Shown: positions 41,990-53,712 of the stretch, piece by piece
How positions within the stretch are numbered: position 1 is the first letter of the stretch
Layout: every line of letters begins with the position of its first letter
DNA from: Pseudomonas aeruginosa PAO1
GTDB taxonomy: Bacteria; Pseudomonadota; Gammaproteobacteria; Pseudomonadales; Pseudomonadaceae
NCBI RefSeq assembly: GCF_000006765.1
Contig: NC_002516.2
Direction: 5' to 3' (one strand)
DNA length: 64,000 bases
Program-made: the position numbers and the translations under genes
Notes under the pieces: generated by a model
The model's input: only the letters and a program-made list of their open reading frames with translations
Databases searched by the model: none
Told to the model about the DNA's origin: nothing

Positions 41990-42379
41990 TTATTCGGCAG
42001 CTTCTACGACTTCACCGCCGACAGGACGATCAACCAGCTCGACGTACGCCATGGGGGCGTTGTCGCCAGCGCGGAAACCGCACTTCAGGATGCGCAGGTA
42101 GCCGCCCGGACGGTTGGCGTAGCGCTTGCCCAGGTCGTTGAACAGCTTGCCAACGGCAGCTTTCGAACGGGTACGGTCGAAAGCCAGGCGACGGTTGGCG
42201 ACGCTGTCTTCCTTGGCCAGGGTGATCAGCGGCTCGGCAACGCGACGCAGTTCCTTAGCCTTGGGCAGGGTGGTTTTGATCAGTTCGTGTTCGAACAGCG
42301 ACACCGCCATGTTCTGGAACATAGCCTTGCGGTGCGCGCTGGTGCGGCTCAGGTGACGACCACTTTTACGATGGCGCAT
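41990..42379 (-). CDS. rplQ: 50S protein L17
   Basis: 129 aa, [10 protein letters not shown]... Confidence 0.99.
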
Positions 42380-42422
42380 GGTTCAATTCCTTTCCAAACT
42401 TTACGTTCGGTAGTTACGACGA

Positions 42423-43424
42423 TCAGGCAGTGGCCTTGTCGTCTTTCTTAAGACTTGCCGGCGGCCAGTTATCGAGGCGCATACCGAGGGACAGACCACG
42501 GGAAGCCAGAACGTCCTTGATTTCGGTCAGGGACTTCTTGCCCAGGTTCGGCGTTTTCAACAGTTCCACTTCGGTGCGCTGGATCAGGTCACCGATGTAG
42601 TAGATGTTTTCCGCCTTCAGGCAGTTGGCCGAACGTACGGTCAGTTCCAGGTCATCGACCGGGCGCAGGAGGATCGGATCGATCTCGTCTTCCTGCTCTT
42701 CAACGACGGGTTCGCTGTCGCCCTTGAGGTCCACGAACGCTGCCAGCTGCTGTTGCAGGATGGTAGCGGCGCGACGGATAGCCTCTTCGGGATCCAGAGT
42801 GCCGTTGGTTTCCAGGTCCAGGACCAGTTTGTCCAGGTTGGTGCGCTGCTCGACACGGGCGTTTTCCACCACGTAGGAGACACGACGGACCGGGCTGAAC
42901 GATGCGTCGAGCTGCAGACGGCCGATGCTGCGGCTTTCGTCTTCATCGCTCTGACGTGCGTCGGCAGGCTCGTAGCCACGGCCACGAGCTACCTTCAGCT
43001 TCATGTTCAGCGCGCCGTTGTCTGCCAGGTTGGCGATAACGTGGTCACCGTTGATGATCTCAACATCGTGATCCAGCTGAATATCGGCAGCAGTCACAAC
43101 ACCCGAGCCCTTCTTAGCCAGGGTCAGCGTCACTTCATCACGACCGTGCAGCTTGATGGCCAGACCTTTCAGGTTCAGCAGGATCTCGATTACATCTTCC
43201 TGCACACCTTCGATCGCCGAGTACTCGTGGAGTACGCCGTCGATCTCGGCCTCGACCACTGCGCAGCCAGGCATGGAGGACAACAGGATGCGACGCAGCG
43301 CGTTGCCCAGGGTGTGACCAAAACCACGCTCGAGAGGCTCGAGCGTGATCTTGGCGCGGGTTTGACTGACCACCTGCACATCGATGTGGCGGGGGGTCAG
43401 GAACTCATTTACCGAACTCTGCAT
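42423..43424 (-). CDS. rpoA: RNA polymerase alpha subunit
   Basis: 333 aa; [17 protein letters not shown]. Confidence 0.99.
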
Positions 43425-43446
43425 GGATGCACCTATTTTCTAGCCC

Positions 43447-44067
43447 TTACTTGGAGTAGAGCTCGACAATCAGGTTTTCGTTGATATCAGCGGACAGGTC
43501 GCTGCGAGCCGGAGCACTCTTGAAGGTACCAGCCTTCTTGTCGAGGTCGACTTCGACCCACTCGACGCGACCGCGCTGGCCACAGAGTTCCAGAGCCTGA
43601 GCGATACGCAGCTGGTTCTTCGATTTTTCGCGAACAGCTACGACGTCACCGGCCTTCACTTGGTAGGAAGGGATGTTGACGGTCTGACCGTTGACGGTGA
43701 TGGCCTTGTGGGATACCAGCTGGCGGGATTCCGAACGAGTGGAACCGAAGCCCATGCGGTATACGACGTTGTCCAGGCGGCACTCGAGCAGTTGCAGCAG
43801 GTTCTCACCGGTAGAACCCTTGCGACGGGAAGCTTCCTGGTAGTAACCGCGGAACTGACGCTCCAGCACGCCGTAGATGCGACGTACTTTCTGCTTTTCA
43901 CGCAGCTGCAGACCGTAGTCGGACAGACGGCCACGACGCTGGCCATGCTGGCCAGGAACGTTTTCAGCCTTGCACTTCGAGTCGAGGGCGCGGGCGCCGC
44001 TCTTCAGGAACAGGTCGGTGCCTTCACGGCGAGACAGTTTGCACTTGGGACCAATGTAACGAGCCAT
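43447..44067 (-). CDS. rpsD: 30S protein S4
   Basis: 206 aa, [10 protein letters not shown]... Confidence 0.99.
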   Translation of the reverse strand: MARYIGPKCKLSRREGTDLFLKSGARALDSKCKAENVPGQHGQRRGRLSDYGLQLREKQKVRRIYGVLERQFRGYYQEASRRKGSTGENLLQLLECRLDNVVYRMGFGSTRSESRQLVSHKAITVNGQTVNIPSYQVKAGDVVAVREKSKNQLRIAQALELCGQRGRVEWVEVDLDKKAGTFKSAPARSDLSADINENLIVELYSK

Positions 44068-44083
44068 TTCTCACTGTCTCCTA

Positions 44084-44473
44084 TTACACGCGACGCTTTT
44101 TCGGCGGACGGCAGCCGTTATGCGGGATCGGGGTTACGTCGGTGATGCTGGCGATCTTGTAGCCGCAAGCATTCAGAGCGCGAACGGCGGACTCGCGGCC
44201 CGGGCCCGGGCCCTTGACGTTGACGTCCAGGTTCTTCAGACCGTATTCCAGGGCAGCCTGGCCGGCACGCTCGGCCGCTACCTGGGCAGCGAACGGGGTG
44301 CTCTTACGCGAGCCGCGGAAACCGGAACCACCGGAGGTCGCCCAGGACAGTGCGTTGCCCTGACGGTCGGTGATGGTCACGATGGTGTTGTTGAAAGACG
44401 CGTGGATGTGGGCGATCCCATCGACCACTGTCTTTTTGACTTTCTTACGGGGACGAGCAGCAGGTTTTGCCAT
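44084..44473 (-). CDS. rpsK: 30S protein S11
   Basis: 129 aa; [15 protein letters not shown]. Confidence 0.99.
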   Translation of the reverse strand: MAKPAARPRKKVKKTVVDGIAHIHASFNNTIVTITDRQGNALSWATSGGSGFRGSRKSTPFAAQVAAERAGQAALEYGLKNLDVNVKGPGPGRESAVRALNACGYKIASITDVTPIPHNGCRPPKKRRV

Positions 44474-44491
44474 GACTAGATTCCTACGCGA

Positions 44492-44848
44492 TTACTTGCG
44501 GATCGGCTTACGCGGGCCCTTGCGGGTACGCGCGTTGGTCTTGGTACGCTGACCGCGAACCGGCAGACCGCGACGATGACGCAGACCGCGGTAGCAACCG
44601 AGGTCCATCAGACGCTTGATGTTCATGTTGATTTCGCGACGCAGGTCACCTTCGGTGGTGATCTTCGCGACTTCGTTACGCAGCTGATCGATCTGCTCGT
44701 CGCTCAGGTCCTTGATCTTGGCAGCCGGGTTTACGCCGGTGGCTGCGCAGATGCTCTGAGCAGTAGTGCGACCAACACCATAGATGTAGGTCAGCGAGAT
44801 AACAGTGTGCTTGTTATCCGGAATGTTGACGCCTGCAATACGGGCCAT
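44492..44848 (-). CDS. rpsM: 30S protein S13
   Basis: 118 aa, [10 protein letters not shown]... Confidence 0.99.
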   Translation of the reverse strand: MARIAGVNIPDNKHTVISLTYIYGVGRTTAQSICAATGVNPAAKIKDLSDEQIDQLRNEVAKITTEGDLRREINMNIKRLMDLGCYRGLRHRRGLPVRGQRTKTNARTRKGPRKPIRK

Positions 44849-44905
44849 TCAGAAAAACTCCAATTGACAGCTACCCTGCGCCCAGGAAGCCAAGAAAGGG
44901 CGCGG

Positions 44906-44934
44906 ATATTAGCGCTGTAATAGCAAATAATCAA
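44906..44934 (-). promoter_or_regulatory. Alpha-operon sigma70 promoter
   Basis: TTGATT-17 bp-TAATAT, followed by a GC-rich discriminator (CCGCGCC). Confidence 0.7.
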
Positions 44935-44960
44935 CCCGGCAGCACACTAGCTGCCGGGTT
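44933..44960 (-). terminator. Hairpin after rpmJ (spc-operon terminator candidate)
   Basis: 11-bp stem AACCCGGCAGC/GCTGCCGGGTT with a U-rich tail (UUGAUUAUUU) on the minus strand. Confidence 0.65.
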
Positions 44961-44978
44961 ATCACGCGTGGATCACAA

Positions 44979-45095
44979 TCAGCCTTGGCGCTGCTTGTGA
45001 CGCGGTTCCGCGCTGCAGATCACCCGCACGATGCCATCGCGACGGATGATTTTGCAGTTACGGCACAGCTTCTTGACCGATGCACGAACTTTCAT
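44979..45095 (-). CDS. rpmJ: 50S protein L36, Zn-binding C+ form (absent from the ORF track)
   Basis: Translated by hand: [38 protein letters not shown] (38 aa). Confidence 0.97.
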
Positions 45096-45123
45096 CACCA
45101 ACTCCTCGAACCTTACGGGTCTA

Positions 45124-46452
45124 TCAGCGCAGCATGCCGCTGCCGTAGCCCTTCAGGTTGGCTTTCTTCATCAGGGATTCATACTGGTGAGAAACGAGGT
45201 GAGATTGCACCTGGGCCATAAAGTCCATGACAACCACGACCACGATCAACAGCGAGGTCCCGCCAAGATAGAACGGCACGTGCGCCGCAACCACCAGGAA
45301 CTGGGGCAGCAGGCAGACAGCCGTCATGTACAGAGCACCGAACATGGTCAAACGGGTCAGCACGCCATCGATGTAGCGAGCGGACTGTTCGCCCGGACGG
45401 ATGCCCGGAATAAATGCACCGGACTTCTTGAGGTTCTCCGCCACGTCCTTCGGGTTGAACATCAGCGCTGTATAGAAGAAGCAGAAGAAAACGATCCCTG
45501 CAGTGAACAGCAAGATGTTCAGCGGCTGCCCCGGAGCGATCGCTTGCGCGACGTCCTGCAACCAACCCAAGCCTTCCGACTGACCGAACCAGGAGCCCAG
45601 GGACGCCGGGAACAGCAGGATACTGCTGGCGAAAATCGCGGGAATCACACCCGCCATGTTCACCTTCAACGGCAGATGGCTGGTCTGCGCTGCAAACACC
45701 TTGCGGCCTTGCTGGCGCTTGGCGTAATGCACCGCGATGCGACGCTGGCCACGCTCGATGAACACCACGAACGCGATGATCGCCACGGCCAGCAGGCCGA
45801 CGCCGATCAGGGCGAAGATGTTGATGTCACCTTGACGGGCAGACTCGAAAGACTGACCGATGGCGCGCGGCAGGCCTGCAACGATACCAGCGAAGATCAA
45901 CATCGAGATGCCGTTGCCGACACCGCGCTCGGTGATCTGCTCGCCCAGCCACATCATGAACATGGCACCAGCCACGAAGGTGGTGACAGCCACGAAGTAG
46001 AAGCCGAAGTCGTTGGAGAAGGCTACGCCCTGGCTGCCCAGGCCAACGGACATGCCGATGGCCTGGACCAGTGCCAGGACTACAGTACCGTAGCGGGTGT
46101 ACTGGCTGATCTTGCGACGCCCAGACTCACCCTCTTTCTTCAACTGCTCCAGCTGCGGGCTGATAGCGGTCATGAGCTGCATGATGATCGATGCCGAGAT
46201 GTACGGCATGATCCCCAGTGCAAAGATACTCATGCGCTCCAGCGCGCCGCCGGAAAACATGTTGAAGAGGCTAAGAATGGTCCCCTCGTTCTGCCGGAAC
46301 AGTGCCGCCAAGCGATCGGGGTTGATGCCCGGAACTGGGATGTGCGCGCCGATCCGATAGACGATGATCGCCAGGAACAGGAAACGCAGACGTGCCCAGA
46401 GCTCGGACAGACCGCCGTTGCTTAGCGCAGAGAGAGCACCTTGCTTAGCCAT
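45124..46452 (-). CDS. secY: Preprotein translocase SecY
   Basis: 442 aa; [16 protein letters not shown]. Confidence 0.99.
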   Translation of the reverse strand: MAKQGALSALSNGGLSELWARLRFLFLAIIVYRIGAHIPVPGINPDRLAALFRQNEGTILSLFNMFSGGALERMSIFALGIMPYISASIIMQLMTAISPQLEQLKKEGESGRRKISQYTRYGTVVLALVQAIGMSVGLGSQGVAFSNDFGFYFVAVTTFVAGAMFMMWLGEQITERGVGNGISMLIFAGIVAGLPRAIGQSFESARQGDINIFALIGVGLLAVAIIAFVVFIERGQRRIAVHYAKRQQGRKVFAAQTSHLPLKVNMAGVIPAIFASSILLFPASLGSWFGQSEGLGWLQDVAQAIAPGQPLNILLFTAGIVFFCFFYTALMFNPKDVAENLKKSGAFIPGIRPGEQSARYIDGVLTRLTMFGALYMTAVCLLPQFLVVAAHVPFYLGGTSLLIVVVVVMDFMAQVQSHLVSHQYESLMKKANLKGYGSGMLR

Positions 46453-46887
46453 TTAGTCCTCGAATTTACCGCCAGCTGCTTCGATAGCCGCACGCGCACC
46501 CTTGGTGGCGGCGATACCTTTCAGGGTGACCGCACGACCAACTTCGCCGGACAGCATGACTTTGACGCGCTGTACGTGCTGGTTGATCAGGTTGGCATCC
46601 TTCAGGGTCTGCAGGCTGACGACGTCGCCTTCGACCTTGGCCAGCTCGGAGGTGCGTACTTCAGCACGATCCATAGCCTTCAGGGAAACGAAGCCGAACT
46701 TCGGCAGGCGACGGTGCAGAGGCTGTTGACCACCCTCGAAGCCCGGAGCGACCTTGCCACCGGAGCGGGAGGTCAGACCTTTGTGACCACGGCCACCGGT
46801 CTTGCCCAGACCGCTACCGATGCCACGGCCCGGACGGTGCTTTTCGCGACGGGCACCCGGCGCGGAACGCAGATCGTTCAGTTGCAT
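46453..46887 (-). CDS. rplO: 50S protein L15
   Basis: 144 aa; [18 protein letters not shown]. Confidence 0.99.
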
Positions 46888-46890
46888 GGA

Positions 46891-47067
46891 TTAACCCTCC
46901 ACACGCAGCAGGTAGTAGGCCTTGTTGATCATGCCGCGGTTCTCAGGAGTGTCCTGAACTTCGACGGTATGATTGATGCGACGCAGGCCGAGACCCTTGA
47001 CGCAAGCCTTGTGATTGGCCAGACGGCCGTTCAGGCTCTTGACCAGAGTGACTTTGACAGTTGCCAT
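46891..47067 (-). CDS. rpmD: 50S protein L30
   Basis: 58 aa from ATG 47067. Confidence 0.97.
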
Positions 47068-47069
47068 GG

Positions 47070-47570
47070 TTAGAGAATCTCCTCGACGCTCTTGCCACGC
47101 TTGGCCGCTACTGCTTCCGGAGCCTGCATGTTCTTCAGGCCCTTGAAGGTGGCGTAAACCACGTTCACCGGATTGGTGGAGCCATAGCACTTGGCCAGGA
47201 CGTTCTGCACACCAGCCACTTCCAGAACGGCACGCATGGCGCCGCCGGCGATGATGCCGGTACCTTCCGAAGCCGGCTGCATGTACACCTTGGAGGCGCC
47301 ATGGGCGGACTTGGTCGGATACTGCAGGGTGGTGCCGTTCAGATCGACTTGGATCATGTTGCGGCGAGCGGCTTCCATTGCTTTCTGGATGGCGGCCGGC
47401 ACTTCACGCGCCTTGCCACGACCGAAACCAACGCGACCCTTGCCATCACCCACCACGGTCAGTGCGGTGAAAGCGAAGATACGGCCACCTTTTACGGTTT
47501 TGGCGACGCGGTTAACCTGAACCAGCTTCTCGATGTAGCCTTCGTCGCGCTTTTGCTCGTTGTTTGCCAT
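47070..47570 (-). CDS. rpsE: 30S protein S5
   Basis: 166 aa; [12 protein letters not shown]. Confidence 0.99.
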
Positions 47571-47573
47571 AAC

Positions 47574-47924
47574 TTAGAACTCCAGTCCGCCTTCACGAGC
47601 GGCATCAGCCAGCGCTTTCACACGGCCGTGGTACTTGAAGCCAGAACGATCGAACGCCACCTGGGTGACGCCGGCCGCTTTGGCGCGCTCGGCGACCAGT
47701 TGACCAACTTTCTTGGCTGCATCGATGTTGCCGGTGGCACCTTCGCGCAGGTCTTTGTCCAGGGTCGAGGCGCTGGCCAGGACCTTGCCGCCGTCGGCCG
47801 CAATGACCTGGGCGTAAATGTGCTGGGAAGAGCGGTACACGCAGAGGCGTACGGTTTCCAGCTCGCGCATCTTCAGGCGTGCCTTGCGAGCGCGACGCAG
47901 ACGGGTTTCTTTCTTGACGCTCAT
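47574..47924 (-). CDS. rplR: 50S protein L18
   Basis: 116 aa; [12 protein letters not shown]. Confidence 0.99.
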
Positions 47925-47934
47925 TTGCTATGCC

Positions 47935-48468
47935 CTACTTCTTCTTGGCTTCTTTACGACGGACGACTTCGTCGGCGTAACGCACGCCCTTGCCTTTGTA
48001 AGGCTCCGGCGGACGGAAGTCGCGAATTTCGGCAGCAACCTGACCGACCAGCTGCTTGTCGATACCCTTGATCAGGATATCGGTCTGGCTGGGGGTCTCA
48101 GCGACGATGCCGGCCGGCAGTTCGTAATCAACCGGATGGGAGAAGCCGAGGGACAGGGACAGCACTTGGCCCTTGGCCTGCGCTTTGTAACCAACGCCGA
48201 CCAGCTGGAGCTTGCGCTCGAAGCCCTGGCTGACGCCGACTACCATGTTGTTCACCAGAGCACGGGTGGTACCAGCCATGGCGCGAGTCTGCTGGTCGCC
48301 GTTACGCGCAGCAAAACGCAGCTCACCGCTGTCCTGGATCACTTCGACCGAAGGATGGACCTTGAGCTCCAGAGCACCTTTGGCGCCCTTGATGGACAGT
48401 TGCTGACCAGCCAGTTTGATTTCAACGCCGGCAGGCAGCTTGACGGGGTTCTTAGCAACGCGAGACAT
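47935..48468 (-). CDS. rplF: 50S protein L6
   Basis: 177 aa; [10 protein letters not shown]. Confidence 0.99.
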
Positions 48469-48479
48469 GCTGATTCCCC

Positions 48480-48872
48480 TTAGAACACAGTGCAGAGCAC
48501 TTCGCCGCCAACACCAGCAGCACGGGCAGCACGATCGGTCATCACACCTTTGTTGGTGGAGACGATCGACACACCGAGGCCGCCACGAACTTTCGGCAGT
48601 TGCTCAACGGATTTGTACTGACGCAGGCCAGGACGGCTGATGCGCTTGACCTCTTCGATGACAGGCTTGCCTTCGAAGTACTTCAGTTCGATGGACAGCT
48701 GGGGTTTTACTTCCGAGCTGATCTGGAAATCCGCAATATAGCCTTCGTCCTTCAGGACTTTGGCTACCGCCGCTTTCAGTTTCGAGGACGGCATGCTTAC
48801 GACGGTCTTTTCAGCCATCTGGGCATTACGGATGCGAGTTAGCATGTCTGCTAACGGGTCCTGCATACTCAT
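48480..48872 (-). CDS. rpsH: 30S protein S8
   Basis: 130 aa from ATG 48872 ([11 protein letters not shown]), AGGAG SD. Confidence 0.99.
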
Positions 48873-48966
48873 GGGCTTAACGCTCCTGATACAAAAGAAT
48901 AAGCCTTCAACTTCAATTCGCCCATAAACGCCAGGCGAAACAAACCCAGGCTCAGGGGAGCCGGGT

Positions 48967-48995
48967 ATTCTAGAGATCACGCCAAAACGAATCAA
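48967..48995 (-). promoter_or_regulatory. Internal sigma70 promoter upstream of rpsH
   Basis: TTGATT-17 bp-TAGAAT plus a GC-rich discriminator (ACCCGGC). Confidence 0.65.
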
Positions 48996-49017
48996 GCCCC
49001 ATGAGGGGCTTGATTCG
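48984..49017 (-). terminator. Intrinsic terminator candidate after rpsN
   Basis: Perfect 13-bp stem CGAATCAAGCCCC/GGGGCTTGATTCG with a U4 tail on the minus strand. Confidence 0.7.
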
Positions 49018-49061
49018 ATGTCGCGATCAACGGTGCCGACTGGCGACACCGTTCGCTGCGA

Positions 49062-49367
49062 TTACCAGCTGGCTTTCACCAGACCCGGTACGTCGCCGCG
49101 CATGGCGGCTTCGCGCAGCTTGTTACGGCTCAGGCCGAACTTGCGGTAGAAGCCGTGCGGACGACCGGTCAGGCGGCAACGGTTACGCAGGCGGCTGGCG
49201 CTGGCGTCACGCGGTTGCTTCTGCAGGGCGACCTGGGCATTCCAACGCTCTTCCGCAGAGGAGTTCGGATTAGCGATGATCGCTTTCAGCTCGGCACGCT
49301 TCTTGGCGTACTTGGCTACCGTCAGCTGACGCTTCAGCTCGCGGTTCTTCATGCTCTCTTTAGCCAT
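49062..49367 (-). CDS. rpsN: 30S protein S14 (long, C- form)
   Basis: 101 aa from ATG 49367; only one Cys (RNRCRLTGR). Confidence 0.99.
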   Translation of the reverse strand: MAKESMKNRELKRQLTVAKYAKKRAELKAIIANPNSSAEERWNAQVALQKQPRDASASRLRNRCRLTGRPHGFYRKFGLSRNKLREAAMRGDVPGLVKASW

Positions 49368-49380
49368 GTTCCTACTCCAA

Positions 49381-49920
49381 TCAGTTACGGAACGGGAATT
49401 TGAAAGCACGCAGCAGGGCGCGACCTTCGTCATCCGTACGAGCGGTGGTGGTCAGGGTGATGTCCAGGCCACGCAGCGCATCGATCTTGTCGTAATCGAT
49501 TTCCGGGAAGATGATCTGCTCTTTCACGCCCATGCTGTAGTTGCCGCGACCATCGAAGGACTTGGCATTCAGGCCGCGGAAGTCACGCACGCGCGGCAGG
49601 GAGATGGACAGCAGACGATCCAGGAACTCGTACATCCGGTCGCTACGCAGGGTGACCTTGACGCCGATCGGCCAGCCTTCACGGATCTTGAAGCCTGCGA
49701 TGGACTTACGAGCGTAAGTCACGACCGGCTTCTGACCAGTGATCTTTTCCAGATCGGCTACGGCGTTCTCGATGATCTTCTTGTCACCGACCGCCTCGCC
49801 AAGACCCATGTTCAGGGTGATTTTGGTAACGCGCGGAACTTCCATCACGTTCGCCAGCTGAAGCTCTTCTTTCAGCTTGGGCGCGATTTCCTTCCGATAA
49901 ATTTCTTTCAATCGTGCCAT
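49381..49920 (-). CDS. rplE: 50S protein L5
   Basis: 179 aa. Confidence 0.99.
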
Positions 49921-49939
49921 GGTGATCTACCTAGCAGCC

Positions 49940-50254
49940 TCAAGCCTGAACCGGTTTCTGGGTCGACTTGAAGACACGAATTTTCTTACCGTCTTCTACC
50001 TTGAAGCCAACGCGGTCAGCCTTGCTGGTTTCAGTATTGAAGATGGCGACGTTGGAGACGTGCAGAGGCGCCTCCTTCTCGACGATACCGCCCTGTTGGC
50101 CGAGCATCGGATTGGGCTTGGTGTGGCGCTTGATCAGGTTCACCCCGCCGACGACCAGACGGTCGTCAGCGAGAACCTTCAGCACCTTGCCACGCTTGCC
50201 CTTGTCCTTGCCGGCAATGACGATTACTTCGTCGTCACGACGAATCTTTTGCAT
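49940..50254 (-). CDS. rplX: 50S protein L24
   Basis: 104 aa; KOW motif [11 protein letters not shown]. Confidence 0.99.
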
Positions 50255-50266
50255 GACGGCTACTCC

Positions 50267-50635
50267 TTACAGCACTTCGGGGGCGAGCGAGACGATCTTC
50301 ATGAACTTCTCGGTACGGAGTTCACGAGTCACTGGCCCAAAGATACGGGTGCCGATCGGCTCCTGCTTGTTGTTCAGCAGGACGGCGGCGTTGCCGTCGA
50401 AGCGGATGATGGAACCGTCGGTACGACGCACGCCGTGCTTGGTGCGAACGACCACGGCAGTCATGACCTGGCCCTTCTTCACTTTGCCGCGCGGAATCGC
50501 TTCCTTGACGGTGACCTTGATGATGTCGCCGATGCCGGCGTAACGGCGGTGGGAACCGCCGAGCACCTTGATGCACATCACACGACGCGCGCCGCTGTTG
50601 TCAGCGACATCGAGCATGGATTGAGTCTGAATCAT
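50267..50635 (-). CDS. rplN: 50S protein L14
   Basis: 122 aa; VADNSGA. Confidence 0.99.
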
Positions 50636-50658
50636 ATAATTTCTCCGACCCCTAGTCC

Positions 50659-50925
50659 TTAGACTTCCACCGCGCGTTCAACGATATCAACCAGGGTCCA
50701 GGCCTTGGTCTTGGCCAGCGGACGGGTTTCGCGAATGGTGACCAGGTCACCAATGCGGCACTGATTGGATTCGTCGTGTGCGTGCAGTTTGGTCGAACGC
50801 TTGACGTATTTGCCGTAGATCGGGTGCTTGACGCGACGCTCGATCAGTACGGTGACGGTCTTGTCCATTTTGTCGCTGACGACGCGGCCGGTCAGCGTAC
50901 GGACGGTTTTCTGAGCTTCAGCCAT
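50659..50925 (-). CDS. rpsQ: 30S protein S17
   Basis: 88 aa from ATG 50925. Confidence 0.98.
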
Positions 50926-50927
50926 GA

Positions 50928-51119
50928 TCACTTACCTGCTTGCTGATTGAGCACAGTTTTAACGCGAGCGATGTCGCGCTTAACCTGCGAGAGCAGGTGA
51001 GACTGCCCCAACTGGCCAGTTGCTTTCTGCATGCGCAGATTGAACTGGTCGCGCAGCAGGCCGAGCAGTTGCTCGTTCAGCTGCTCAACGGATTTTTCAC
51101 GAAGTTCATTCGCTTTCAT
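50928..51119 (-). CDS. rpmC: 50S protein L29
   Basis: 63 aa from ATG 51119. Confidence 0.98.
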
Positions 51120-51532
51120 CACATCACCGTCCGCTTAACAAAGGAGGTGGCGAGGGGCAGCTTTGCAGCAGCCAGGGCGAAAGCCTCACGCGCCAGCTCT
51201 TCGGAAACACCCTCGATCTCGTACAGGACCTTGCCCGGCTGGATCTGGGCTACCCAGTACTCGACCCCACCCTTACCTTTACCCATACGAACTTCGAGGG
51301 GCTTCTTGGTGACAGGCTTGTCAGGGAATACGCGGATCCAGATCTTGCCGCCACGCTTCACGTGACGGGTCAGCGCACGACGCGCGGACTCGATCTGACG
51401 AGCAGTAAGGCGGCCACGGCTAGTGGCCTTCAGTGCGTACTCACCGAAGCTGACCTTACTACCACGATGAGCCAGACCACGGTTGTGGCCGGTCATTTGT
51501 TTGCGGAACTTCGTACGCTTGGGTTGCAGCAT
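51119..51532 (-). CDS. rplP: 50S protein L16
   Basis: 137 aa; RMGKGKG. Confidence 0.99.
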
Positions 51533-51543
51533 TTGCGTACTCC

Positions 51544-52230
51544 TTACCTAGCAGCTTTTTTACGAGGAGCGGGTGCTACCGGCTTCAGCTCTTCCTGGCG
51601 GCCACCGATGACCTCGCCCTTGAAGATCCAAACCTTGACACCGATCACACCGTAAGTGGTGTGCGCTTCGTAGGTGGCATAGTCGATATCGGCGCGCAGG
51701 GTGTGCAGGGGCACACGACCTTCGCGATACCATTCGGTACGGGCGATTTCAGCCCCACCCAGACGACCGCTGACCTGAATCTTGATGCCCTTGGCACCAA
51801 TGCGCATGGCGTTCTGTACGGCGCGCTTCATGGCGCGACGGAACATTACGCGACGCTCCAGCTGCTGGGCTACGCTCTGCGCAACCAGCATGGCATCGAG
51901 TTCCGGCTTGCGGATTTCCTCGATGTTGATGTGCACGGGCACACCCATTTGCTTGGTCAGGTCCTGGCGCAGTTTCTCAACATCTTCACCTTTCTTGCCG
52001 ATCACGATGCCGGGACGAGCGGTGTGGATGGTGATGCGTGCGGTTTGAGCCGGACGATGAATATCGATACGGCTTACGGACGCGCTTTTTAGTTTGTCTT
52101 GGAGGTACTCACGCACCTTCAGGTCGGCAAACAGGTAATCCGCATAGTTCTTGCGGTCTGCGTACCAAACGGAGGTGTGCTCCTTGACGATACCCAGGCG
52201 AATGCCATTGGGATGTACTTTCTGACCCAT
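51544..52230 (-). CDS. rpsC: 30S protein S3
   Basis: 228 aa, [13 protein letters not shown]. Confidence 0.99.
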
Positions 52231-52242
52231 CTGTCGACTCCG

Positions 52243-52575
52243 TTACTTGTCCGCAACCTTGACCGTGATATGGCAAGACCGCTTCACGATGCGATCAGCA
52301 CGGCCTTTGGCACGCGGCATGATGCGCTTGAGCGAACGACCTTCGTTGACGAAGACGGTGGAGACCTTCAGGTCATCCACATCGGCGCCTTCGTTGTGCT
52401 CAGCGTTGGCAACGGCCGACTCCAGCACTTTCTTCATGATCTCGGCGGCTTTCTTACTGCTGAAAGCCAGGAGGTTGAGCGCTTCGCCCACCTTCTTCCC
52501 GCGGATCTGGTCGGCGACCAAGCGGGCTTTCTGGGCGGAGATACGAGCGCCCGACAGCTTAGCGGCTACTTCCAT
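52243..52575 (-). CDS. rplV: 50S protein L22
   Basis: 110 aa; PRAKGRA. Confidence 0.99.
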
Positions 52576-52587
52576 CTTCCTTACCCC

Positions 52588-52863
52588 TTAACGCTTGGCT
52601 TTCTTGTCCGCAGCATGCCCGCGGTAGGTGCGGGTAGCGGCGAACTCGCCCAGTTTGTGGCCGACCATGTCCTCGTTGACGAGAACCGGTACGTGTTGAC
52701 GGCCGTTGTGCACGGCGATGGTCAGACCAACCATATGCGGCAGAATCATCGAACGACGCGACCAGGTCTTGATCGGCTTGCGGTCGTTCTTTTCCACCGC
52801 GACTTCGACCTTCTTCAACAGGTGAAGATCGATAAACGGACCTTTTTTCAGTGAACGTGGCAC
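52588..52863 (-). CDS. rpsS: 30S protein S19
   Basis: 91 aa, [10 protein letters not shown]. Confidence 0.99.
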
Positions 52864-52879
52864 TGTGGTATCCCTCTAT

Positions 52880-53701
52880 TTACTTGCGGCGGCGGACGAT
52901 CATGTTATCGGTACGCTTGTTCGAGCGAGTCTTCTTACCCTTGGTCTGAAGACCCCACGGCGATACCGGATGACGACCAGCAGAGGTACGGCCTTCACCA
53001 CCACCATGCGGGTGGTCGACCGGGTTCATCGCCACGCCGCGAACGGTCGGGCGAACACCACGCCAGCGCGTAGCACCGGCTTTACCCAGCGAACGCAGGC
53101 TGTGCTCGGAGTTCGAGACTTCGCCCAGGGTCGCACGGCACTCAGCCAGGACTTTACGCATTTCACCGGAGCGCAGACGCAGGGTTACGTACGCACCTTC
53201 ACGCGCGACCAGCTGGGCGGAAGCGCCAGCGGAGCGAGCGATCTGAGCGCCTTTACCCGGCTTCAGCTCGATACCATGAACAGTGCTACCCACCGGGATG
53301 TTGCGCAGAGGCATGCTGTTGCCTGCCTTGATCGGCGCACCGATACCGGAGATCAGCTGGTCACCTGCAGCAACGCCCTTGGGGGCGATGATGTAGCGAC
53401 GCTCGCCGTCTGCATACTTCAGCAGAGCGATGTGTGCAGTGCGGTTCGGATCGTATTCGACGCGCTCAACGATGGCAGGGATGCCATCCTTGTTGCGACG
53501 GAAGTCGACCAGACGGTAGTGCTGCTTGTGACCACCACCGATATGACGGGTGGTGATACGACCGTTGTTGTTACGGCCGCCAGACTTGGATTTCTTTTCC
53601 AGCAGCGGTGCGTAGGGAGCGCCTTTGTGCAGCTCCTGATTCACCACCTTGACGACAAAGCGACGACCAGCGGAAGTCGGTTTGCACTTAACGATTGCCA
53701 T
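52880..53701 (-). CDS. rplB: 50S protein L2
   Basis: 273 aa; [13 protein letters not shown]. Confidence 0.99.
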
Positions 53702-53712
53702 GATGCACCCCT

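Noticed and set aside
48873-48966. 16S H21 (S8-site) mimic in the rpsH leader
   Set aside because: GUUAAGCCC resembles the left strand, but I found no partner strand with the bulged UA core (GAUACU-like).
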